Origin: Eledone cirrhosa
Taxonomy: Eukaryota
Reading direction: 5' to 3'
DNA length: 64,000 bases
Assembly: GCA_964016885.1 (NCBI GenBank)
Contig: OZ024743.1
Span: forward strand, 123,504,001-123,568,000
The notes beneath the pieces were generated by a model. It was not told where the DNA came from. It did not search any database and saw only the letters and a program-made list of their open reading frames with translations. Both the position numbers and the translations under genes were made by a program. This document shows, in pieces, positions 53,147 to 64,000 of the stretch (position 1 is the stretch's first letter; every line of letters begins with the position of its first letter).

Positions 53147-56100
53147 ATGATATATAGAAAGAAACTGAGAGGGAGGAGAAAGAATGAAAGAAAGAAAGAA
53201 ATATTTAGCAACACCAGAAATTCTTGACAGAATTGTTATGGCATGAATCTCAAGACAAATTGAGACTGTCATACATTTTAAGGGCTACTCTTCTATTTCA
53301 TGCTAGTTACCTATAGTACAGATTTATAGACCTATCCAGTTTTGTTTCATTACTCATTTCGCTTGTCTTATTACCTTTTTATTGCTTTATGTTCTATTGG
53401 CTTAGCAGATGTATCAAATTGTGTTTCCGGTTTTCTCTTCTGTTGCTGTTTCTCAGATATTCTCCATTTTGCTGCTACTTTGTACTTACGCAAAGTCTCT
53501 GCTTAATTCCTAGTGGTCATAAAATCACCATTACACAATTCAGAATGAAATGTTCTCATTGGTTTCCTAATTTATCAGTATGATTAAATACGTCACTGAA
53601 TGTTTAACATTACTATGCTATAACACAACCAACCAGTGTCGGCTAATTAATTCTCCATTGCTCATGTCGAAATGAAATCTATTTTAGATTATTATATTAA
53701 GTATTCGATAGGCAAACAGAGGTGGTTCAAGTCGGTTTAAAACTACATATCAATACAACGATCAACACGTTGCTTTGATCAATAACTAAAAATTGAGAGA
53801 GAGAGGACAGAAACCGAACGGCAACTTTTGTCAAGTTAGGATAAGCGACTAAATGAGAATGTGATGAATGTTCTCTATTGGAAGGATTTCACTGAAGCAA
53901 AATAAAACAGAATACAAATCAGAATGTTTTAAATGTTATTTTGTATTCGTATTAGTTTTAGTAAGTAACTTTAAACAGAATTCTTGAATTATATTAGAAC
54001 TGAACTATTTTTGCTGAATTTTCCTATATATTGATCACTATCAGAAGAAAAAAAAACATTGATGCCCAAACTACGTTGTTAAAATAGCATTATAAAACCA
54101 TATGATTTAATTTCGATAACTTCTGCTGGCTAACAAATGTTAAAGTTATTTTGACATTTTCGATATTACTCTTCCTTGAATTAGAATTACTTAAAGGGCT
54201 CTTTGGGCTATAAAAATAGCATGAAACTTCGCAATCATGTTTCAATGTCAAAACAAACTATTAATCTTGCATTTTTAATCTGACGCCTTGAGAGGGAAAT
54301 TGTTCAAAGTGTTGAATCTGACAGTGGAATTATGACTATGCATTTTCGAAATAATATAAGCACATTATTTGTTGGTGTTTAACTTAAGAAATGTATGTAT
54401 AATTAGGTGTTTCTTGGTAGAAATTAACTATATTCAGGATCTTGTGTGTCGTTACTAAATATTGTATAACTAGTTAAGGACTGGTAGACATAAATCGAAC
54501 CCTTCACATATGAACATAGTGTCGTATACTGGACCACCCTGTTGTATCTGATAAATTAATTGCTCTATGGTATGTTACAGTGTATTAATTTGTAATATCT
54601 TGGGTTTTAGCTGTCTACCAAATTTCTGTATCGTTTTTAAACTTATTCAAATTTATTAGTAAATTAACCATCTAATTAAAAGAATTAATCTTCATGTCAA
54701 TATAAAAACAGACTACATAACATTTGAAGCATTCTTCATGTATTTATTGTTTATTATTTTTTTAAATATTGCCAAAAGAATTATAACATTTGGTGCTGGT
54801 GCAAGTCGCAAAACATCTTGCATACAAAATGTTGATTATTTTGAATAGATATTCTTAAACTCAAAATTGAAATGCTAAATTAATGCGTTTAAGTATAAAC
54901 ATACAAATATATTTTTATTTGTTTTATTTTTTAGGTTTTACATGTTTGTTTAGACATATACTTATAAATTCTTAAGCTGCTGTGTGTGTGTTTGTATTAT
55001 GATTGCAGTTGTCATAAACGAACAATGGAAATAAAAATGAAACATGATCAGACTTTGTTTTTGAAAACTGAACTCATTAATCTTGAAAACAGCTGTCTGA
55101 TTTGATTTTACGCTCATAAATGGTTTGCTGAGTTCCACAAATTCTAAACTATCGTTTGGTCTGACATTTTTAAAGATAACAGACTACGAAAATTTTGTGA
55201 GATGTGGAATTTGGCTTAGGTGGTGAAATATATTGCGCTTCATTAGTAAATGCACTTGTTCTCCTCTCACTCAGTACTTATTAACTGTGACATTTCTCTA
55301 TCAAAGAATATCAGCTTATTTTTAATAAGGAGCGTACTTCGTCCTTCTCACGTTTTTTTATTTCCAGTTTTCTTTGCTGAAATAAATATTTTGTAATATG
55401 TGTGATTTATCTAGATTTCTTCTTTACCCAGAAAAGTAGAAGCACTCTCTATTGTAGAGAAGAGTTACTCATTTAGGCAATCTCCTCAACTGTCTTCATA
55501 CCAACAACAATTTAAGAAATATTTCTTATTATCAAAATATATTCATACATACTGTTTCTCTTAAATAATCTTTTTAAATATCATCGTATTACACTAAACG
55601 GCGTGTAAATATTTCACGTCTGACCTATATAGTTTTGAAACATCCCGGTAGTCAAGTATAACTGGCTTTTAATATTAACCCACGCCTCTTTGAAACGTCA
55701 GCAATCTTATTCTCAAACAACACAACTATCTCATGATTTCAAAAGCATTTACCAAGTCCAAAGTCGCAAAATTTTCTCTTGAAAAATAAATATTTAAAAG
55801 TATTTTACCGGTCATTAAAACATATTTTAGAGATTATTTCTTTTATAAATGTTCTATTTTACATAAATATATCTAGTCTCATATTTCTCTCATTGAGTTT
55901 GATTTATTGCTATGTTAGATAAATTTAGCAACAATTTCATCACTGAATAATGTAAAGTGAGCACTAACATATTTGATGTCATTAGTGAAGTAGTATATCT
56001 GTTTTTGTGTTTGTTTTTTTGTTTATTGTTAAGCTAGCACTTTAAAATATATCCTTCTCTACTTGTATTTTGCTTGTGATGAACATATAATTATACATAC

Positions 56101-56534
56101 ATAGCACTAGAAAACCATTTTGGCACAAAAAGAGGAATATGGCAATTGGAACAAGGCAGTTGCTCCTTTTTCATTTTCCCTTTACATGTATCCCTTTCGT
56201 AACATAACATAGCTAGAAACAAATAACATAGTGGTCCCCATTGCTCGATCAGAACATGTCATTCGATCGATATCCTATATGCTGTAAATATTCTTAATTA
56301 CAACTGGTGTGCCCTGCATAACAGGGACAATCTTCTTGGAATGATAAATATTAGAAAATCTAGAAATAAAAACAATTTTCTACATAAAGAACATTTGAAT
56401 ATTAAAAAGTTAAATTTTCGAGGAACGTATTCATATTAACATAACACAAATTTATAGGTAAAATTACGGTAATAAAAACATCTACAACTTATACAAGATG
56501 ACACAAACAATATATAAATAAATTAACATAAGAG

Positions 56535-56810
56535 AGTCGGCTAAAGGTTCCACACCCTAATCTCCCTACTCACCACCATAGGCGCTGAGCTGGCCAGCCG
56601 CAGGTGTCAGCCTCGCGAGTTGGAATGGCTCTTCCAGCGTATCTCCCTTACCATCCTCCGGGGAAACGCCTACTCCATTCTGTCGCCGGGGGCTGTTGGG
56701 AGGCCAGCACGTGGGACCCTATTTGCTCATTATACAGAGAGATGAGGAAGGCGAGAGAGATGGAGGCGATGACAGTAGGAGTCCGGCTCTTCCACGTTCG
56801 GACCATATCC
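56535..56810 (-). mobile_element. Probable old LINE 3' fragment (CR1/L2-like)
   Basis: GC-rich island reading VRTWKSRTPTVIASISLAF on the minus strand, followed by a UTR-like segment. Weak. Confidence 0.35.
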
Positions 56811-58153
56811 TTGTGGTTGTGTTCATTATCTCTTTACTACCATAGCACCAGCCATTCTTTCCTTTCTAGCGACTTCACAACAGACCGAACTTGTGCTATT
56901 CTGTTGTTTATATCAATTGAAGGTATTTGAAATCATCAATATATAAAATTAATCCAATTAAATCAATCAAGTTCCTACAACTGGTGCACATGGCCGTTGG
57001 GATATCAACTTAGACGTTTGATTGTGTGTCCATCATGGCATTTCAGTGGACGTTACAAATGATTGGTGATATCCATCTCATCTCCAAAATCTAAGTCATA
57101 CTTTTGTAAAATACTATAAGGATTCCCTATCCAGCAACAACTGAAACGGAAATAGAAATTACACACTTAATCGCAAAAGACAACCCTAAAAATACTAGGT
57201 TTCTTCTAGTCGGTTTCAAAACAGTTTCATGGTTCTTCTGGGCGGCTTGTTGGTCTTCTGCAGAATATTCGGATGATGGGACTGCCATCTTGGCGACAAG
57301 CCGACACACAGTGGGTCACTGTTGGCCCTACCACGAACAAAATTCCAGACGGGAATGCTCTCTCGGATTTATGGAATACATAAGCCCCCTCGCCACGACA
57401 AGGCCAGATCCAAGAGAGGGAAATGTACTAGGGCAACATATACAACCCACCATTTTTTTAATCCAAATCTTAATTTTGTTATAAACTTCTCCCGTATCGA
57501 GAAGCATCTCATGGGCGAACACAAGTAAAAGAACTGATCACTATAGACTAAATATTAGCTTCAGCATTATCAGGGCTCACGTGGTGGCAAAACTAGATCG
57601 AATTGCCATGTATAAAAAAAACACGAATTTATGCAATTGCCGAAATATTAAGCTAAGAAATTTACGTTGAAAGATGTATCAACTGTAACTATGTCATTAA
57701 TCAGAACATAACGCTGACAGAATATCCATTCAGAAATTGCCTGCAGCAATACTCACTTCAACACTGACAGTATGGTAACCCCAGAATATATTTGGAAATG
57801 GCGAGATGAAGGAAAAAATGTGAAATTACGTTAGCAAATGGAGACAGTGAATCAACGTTTAGCAATATATACTGAACCCTGTCTCTCTCCCACCCAGTTC
57901 TGACAAAACATTTCAATCGATTTTATCTTGTTGATATATACTCACATTTCTGCGTATAAATTAAAAAGAAAATCCTCCTGGTGCAAGAAATATTGTGAAT
58001 AACACTAGGGTCATAGGCTTTGTGACCAACAGAGTTATCTCTTATTTTATTTGTGATGAGTAGTTGGTCAGACAAGTTGACTGTAGTTCTAGATTTTACA
58101 CGCTAGTTCACACACACAGCAAGTGTTAATATATATATGTGTGTGTGAGTGTG

Positions 58154-58241
<88 letters not shown>

Positions 58242-58828
58242 ATGTGTGTATATAATATATGTTGATATATATGTTCATAGGCTGACCAAGATATTTTCAA
58301 ATGAGTTTTATTTATATTTATAAGCACAAATTCTTATTAGTATCACGCTTAGGAGGAAGTAGAAGAAGGTTTAACATTTCGAACACATATATATAAATAT
58401 GTATTTATATGTATATATATTATGTATATTATATATGATATATTATAATTCTGAAGCTACAGCAGGTTCATACAAGGATTAGCTGAAAAGTGAATAGGCT
58501 GACTAAGATATTCTTAAATGAGGTTTATTTTTCAAAATAATCTCTGGAAAGAAACAATGCGGTTATAAATAAGAAGAGGTAAAATTAATGCATGCAATAT
58601 TTCACAACTCTAGCATCACTCCTTCATAGTCAGCCTATGAACGTTTCAACTATCCCTCGTAAATGCCCTTAGATAAGGGTCCTGTGTCTTGAGAGTCACT
58701 TGTATACCTTCACAGCTATAATATATATATATATATATATATGTAGAGGTTATATTTAATTTGTTGGGATACAACAAGCAAAATAATTTTATAACTGATA
58801 TAAAGCACTCAACAAATTATTGGAGTAA

Positions 58829-59044
58829 ATATACAATATATTAACAAATGGAAACTATATTTATAAAACCATATTTATTTCATTATAAATATTTCAAGGG
58901 CCACCAAGGCAAACTATGGTGCGCTTTTATCAGATAAAATATAATATAGGTTAGTTTTATAAATAAATATTGCCTTGGTGGCTCTTGAAATATGTATAAT
59001 GAAATAAATATGGTTTTATAAATATAGTTTCCATTTGTTAATAT

Positions 59045-59053
<9 letters not shown>
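58829..59053. repeat. Inverted repeat (~84-bp arms) built from a degenerate hammerhead-bearing 3' end
   Basis: Arms 58829-58912 / 58970-59053; minus strand reads CTGATAA aagcgcacca...tggtggccctt GAAA tatt TA taat. Confidence 0.8.
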
Positions 59054-59143
<90 letters not shown>

Positions 59144-59666
59144 TCTTTTTCCAACTATTTCTCTCTCTCACTGTTTCTCTCTCTCTCTCTTCGTCTCATT
59201 CTGTTTCTTTTGTAATTTCCAAATTGACTAGGCTGCAGTTAGTGATCCTCAGACACATTTGAATGTGGGACAAAAGACCTGTAAATTCTTAGTTCAAGTG
59301 CCGTCAATTTAATCAAATAAACAATTCCACACAATTTTCCTGCCTTGTTCCTATGTTAGAAACAATGATTATATCCTTACTAATATTGCTTGTGTTACTA
59401 AATTCAACCAAAGTTAACGTTTCATTCTTTTTAGGATCGATAAAACAAGTTCCAGTTTCTACACTGAACTGATTAAATAGACTCATCGTTCGTGAAAAAT
59501 AACTGCCATTGTTCTAAAGTTATAAATCCTTACATTTTCTAGGATTGCATGTATGTTTATATGTATGTATGCATGTAAGTGTGTATGCATGTACGTATGT
59601 ATGTTTATACGAATGTATGTACGCACGTATGTACGTATGTATGTACGTATGTATGTATTTATGTCA

Positions 59667-60163
59667 GGTCGCTCTCGAGTGTTACTGGTAACATGTAACC
59701 CAGTACAACCTGTCTCATGGTCGGGTCGCCGGCGACTAAACTGGAGACCCCATCAAGCTTGCTTGGTGAGGTGGATGATATTTGGACACCCTGCAGGATA
59801 AAATACAAGACCCGGCGAAGGGCAGAGGAACTCAGCAGAGTCAACGGCCATCCAAATAGTACTTTTTTTTACTTAGGAGTAAAAGGCCCCCAGTTGTTGT
59901 CACAACACGTTTCTAAGAGAGGGAAACTCTAAAAAAATTCTGCGGCTTCGGAAACATCCTTTTTCGGGTAATGTTTTTGATGCTCAGAAAGTGGGATTGG
60001 TCGAGTGCAAGGCCTTTCCCCACTTACAAAACCTTCAAAGCACAGACATTGCTTATTCAGGATATGTTACAGGTTTGTGTGGCTGGGCGTAGCCTAAAAG
60101 TGCACCATTTTCTGTAATCTGACAAGCGATTGCAATACTCTTAGCAGAATTTGCAGCCATCAT
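59667..60163 (+). mobile_element. RTE-derived non-autonomous element in (TATG)n
   Basis: RTE-type 5'UTR motif (gagagggaaactct..aaa..ctgcg) and 3' end ttgcagccatcat. Minus-strand 3' fragments also occur at ~31985-32065 and ~32155-32285. Confidence 0.6.
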
Positions 60164-60207
60164 GTATTTATGTATGTACGTACGTATGTAGTCATGCATA
60201 TATGTTA

Positions 60208-60677
60208 ATGGTCGGGTCGTTGACGACTAAACCGGGAAACTCACTAAGCTTGCTTGCTTGGTGAGGAGGGTGATTTTGAACACCATACGGTATGAAAAAC
60301 GAAATTCCTCAAAGGACGGAGGAACTCAGGAGAGTCAACGGCCATTCATTTTAGCGAGAGACTCTTAGTTTTCATTAAGACATCTCTCTAGGAGAAGGTC
60401 ACTCTGATATAAAACCTGCGACTTCGTTTGCATCAAATGATGTAGACCAGTTCTTTTGGGGGCAAATGCATTCGATGTGCAGAGAGTGGGATTGGACCCG
60501 TGCAAAGCATTTTCTCACTAACAAAAAACTTCAAGCACAGGTATCGCTTGATAGGTGACATTTTTTGCAATGCATGCTATCGCTGGTCATAGGCAAGTCT
60601 CTAGCAGGACTAAAATGTCATGTCCATGCTTAAGTATCAAGCGATGGCATTACTCGAAATTGAGTTGCAGCCATCAT
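60208..60677 (+). mobile_element. Second, related RTE-derived element in tandem, with a (TATG)n tail
   Basis: tggtcgggtcg..cgactaaac, gaggaactcag.agagtcaacggccat, ggagaaggtcactctg. Confidence 0.6.
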
Positions 60678-61158
60678 GCATGTGTGTATGCATGTATGTA
60701 TGTATGTATTTATGTATGAAGAGAACACCTTTATCAAACGACGGAATAAAAGGAAGCCTTTGCAAATAGAGCTGTCACTAAATCTACTGTTCCTGAAATC
60801 AAAAATGTTAAAGTCATTTATAAGTGCATCAACAAAACAATGAACATTGAAAGTTAATCAGAGGTTCTGCTGTCAACTACTTTGATAGATGCTGTTGTTT
60901 CCCTTCTTAGTCTTTTGATGATTTTTATGGCATCTTCTAATCATTTGTAAATACAATGTAGTTTGAAAATGTTTTAAATCTTGATGCAATATGTTCAAGT
61001 ATCTCATTATCAATACAAGTGTTAATACATCGAGAGACATTTTGATATATATTTCAACATCCAAACTCTTAATGTATGTGTGTATATCATTGCACAGCTG
61101 AACAATCTTATAAACCTATTAATCATTCTGAAATGAGTTATATATATATATATATGTA

Positions 61159-61300
<142 letters not shown>

Positions 61301-62334
61301 CAAAGCACTAGAATTAAGAAGCCCTCGGGAAATTTGAGAACTGAAATGTGTGCATCCAAACGAAAATTACTATAATATTAGCTGATCACTATAAGTAACA
61401 GTTGAGAAAATTGAGTTACGTACTCCTGGAGATAGAACCAAAACGCCTCTATCCACATTTTCAGCAAGTAATAATAAAATATACTCAATACATGATGTAG
61501 AGTATAATTATATGCATTCGGTTGAGCCCGTTTGCCGTTTGCTTAAGTTTCAAGGATGTTTGAACAATCAGACAATCATTCTGAAAAATGAATGAAAAAT
61601 GAATGAAAAACATCTCTTAATTCAAAATATCGCCGGGACCACTTGCGTTACACAAAAAGAGCTGTAATTTGCAACGGAATAGAGAACGTGTTGTTTTAAA
61701 GGGAAGACAACTATTCTTGACTTGATAGTAAAAGCTTGATTTTCAGTAACGATTCTTTTAATTTTTTTTTATAGTGCACATAAGAACGTCATTCTTATGA
61801 GGGATTATTGTATTTCAGTTCTTGATCGTGGTCCAACTCTTCAGATACTATGTGTTGAATTTAGATTTTACTAGTTTGCAAGTCAAAATCTACTGGTACA
61901 CAAATATGTTTGAAAGTTGTGGTAGTTGGTATTTCTTTGCATAGAATTTCAATTGAGAATTTTATTTACTTCAATTAAGAGTTTTATTTAATATGTGGGT
62001 GACATAGAGGGAGAATCAAGAATTTTTCAGTTACACACAGGTGACAACAGTTTGGTGTCAGTTGCATGCTTTCTCATTCTAAGCATATCCTGTTTCCTTC
62101 TAATATTTTAAGAACCAATGTATTTCAAAAGAGGCCTTGTATTGAACAGAGTAAAATCTAAACGAAGGAGTGTCGTGTGACTTCTAAAATGATTCTCAGT
62201 TAACTTGATGTACATCTTTGCGGCACGGTGTGCCAATTCTACATATGTTCTGTTTACAATTTCTTTTTGCGAGTATTTTTTATCTCTAAAGCATAACGTT
62301 GTACCTCTACCATTATATGATTATAGGTAGACTT

Positions 62335-62435
62335 TGAGGTTGACTTTGCCTTTCATCCTTACGGGGTCGATAAAATAAAGTACCAGTAATGCACGGGGTT
62401 ATTGCTGGCCTTGTGCCAAAAGTAGAAACAATTAT
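62335..62435 (+). mobile_element. tRNA-SINE 3' half, main family
   Basis: ctttgcctttcatccttacggggtcgataaaataaagtaccag. Confidence 0.85.
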
Positions 62436-62579
62436 ATGATTATATGATTAACTTCTTTTTACGTCTTTACGGGTTTTCACCCTATTTGATGACCTATTTT
62501 ATAGTATGAGCACACCATTCTTTATATATATATATATATCCATGCATACATATATGTGTGTGTGTTTATATATATATGT

Positions 62580-63505
62580 CCACCAACTTCTCCACGTCTT
62601 CCTCTCCTCCAACCGCATATTGAACTACTTCAGCGTTCCCAAATCTGTGCCACTGCCCTCCCGCCGTACAACATTGACTATATCCATTATCTCTTTAATT
62701 CCTTCCGTTTCTTTCACACTTACTCTTCTGTCTTCCTTTTCACTTCAGATATTAAGCCTCTCTATATCATCAGCCCTCATAATATTGGTCTTTTAGTGAT
62801 GCGACACCTCAACGCGCCGTACCTATATCCTGTCCCGGGCATTCATCTTTCTCTGTTTAGCTGAACTCATCCTTAGCCTTAATTGCTTCTCGTTGGAGGG
62901 GGGAGACAGATTTCTGGACTGGCTATGGGAATGAGAATATGCCCCAATTATTCGTACCTCATCATCAGCTATGTTAAACCTAAATCTCCTAGCTGTCATC
63001 CAACTCCATTCCTGGGCTATAAAGGCGTTACATAAACAATTGCATTTGAGCCTCTTCCCTCTCCAGTGAACATCATCTCCTTTGTGAATTATTTTCACTC
63101 TGTCTTAGAATTTACCCCCTTCCATTTCCGATACCTCTGTCCGTCATTATCAAACATCACTTCTTCACCCTTAACACCTCTATCATTTATTAACATACTG
63201 ATACCCACTTTTATATCAACTTTGCAGCCTCATACCCAACCCATACCAAATAACCATCCCTTACTCTCAATTCCTCCGCTTCTGCCGTCTCTATAGCCAG
63301 GTCCATGATTTCGAGACACAATCTCAACATATGGTTTGACGTTTCACTCGATACGAATAGCATCTCCCTTATTCAAATCGCCTTTACTTGCACTCAAAGA
63401 GCTGACTCCACCGGCACATGCTCTCTTCGCATCCGTCAACCATCTACACCTTCCCTCTGATATACCATCATACCACACCAACCAACACGCATTCCACATC
63501 CTCCA
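62580..63505 (-). mobile_element. Old LINE fragment, APE endonuclease region
   Basis: SWMTARRFRF...VRIIGAYS resembles the APE VxxxYAP strand; heavily decayed. Confidence 0.4.
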
Positions 63506-63600
63506 ATCTAATTACATACATACATCATATATGTTTGTATGTGTGTGCGTAAATGCTATATATAAACACACATATATATATATATATAGAGAGAGAGAGA

Positions 63601-64000
63601 GGACACCACACCCGAGGCACTAACACTTGCTTCCTGAAGCTCCCACACTTCAGTGATGAAACAACAACAGCCATCCGCAGAGCTATCAGACGAGAGGGAC
63701 TAGATATCCAACTGGCCCACTCAGGACCTTCTCTACGCAGACAGCTAACCAAAAGACACTCCACCAGACATGACAACCGCTGCAGGCTAGCCAACTGCCC
63801 CATCAACGACACAGACCTATGCCACCAGGCTTACGTCGTATACAGACTAGAGTACGACAAATGCAGCAACTTCTACGTAGGTAGCACCACCAGACCACTC
63901 CACATAAGAATAAAAGAACACCTCAATACTAACGCTTCCTCATTTAAGAAACAGCTACTGAAATGCAAAAACACAGTTAGGATAGAAACTAAGGAAAGAA
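63601..64000 (+). mobile_element. Penelope-like element fragment (linker + GIY-YIG), runs off the window
   Basis: Open frame from 63601: FLKLPHFSDE...CRLANCPI...CHQAYVVYRLEYDKCSNFYVGSTTRPLHIRIKEH. Confidence 0.88.

Overview
AT-rich, microsatellite-saturated animal genomic DNA. The SINE families and repeat landscape suggest a cephalopod, probably Octopus (inference). No intact host gene can be established, and most listed ORFs are microsatellite or antisense artefacts. The window is mostly decayed mobile elements: four R4/Dong-type REL LINEs in (CATA)n or (TAA)n tracts, a Tx1-like LINE, five Penelope-like element (PLE) remnants, RTE-related pieces, Helitrons and many tRNA-SINEs. The main signal is non-coding RNA structure. 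(i) A 469-bp unit occurs as four tandem copies plus one inverted, terminally redundant copy, each with a perfect minimal type I hammerhead ribozyme (retrozyme-like). (ii) Several unrelated hammerhead-bearing short elements sit in (TA)n tracts, often with inverted duplications. (iii) A four-copy repeat carries hammerhead core segments in a non-canonical, pseudoknotted order with covarying helices (speculative). (iv) A degenerate HDV-like fold lies at the 5' end of an RTE-derived element. A possible peptide-precursor terminal exon (21168-21372) is the best host-gene candidate. All structures were read by eye; none was computed or tested.
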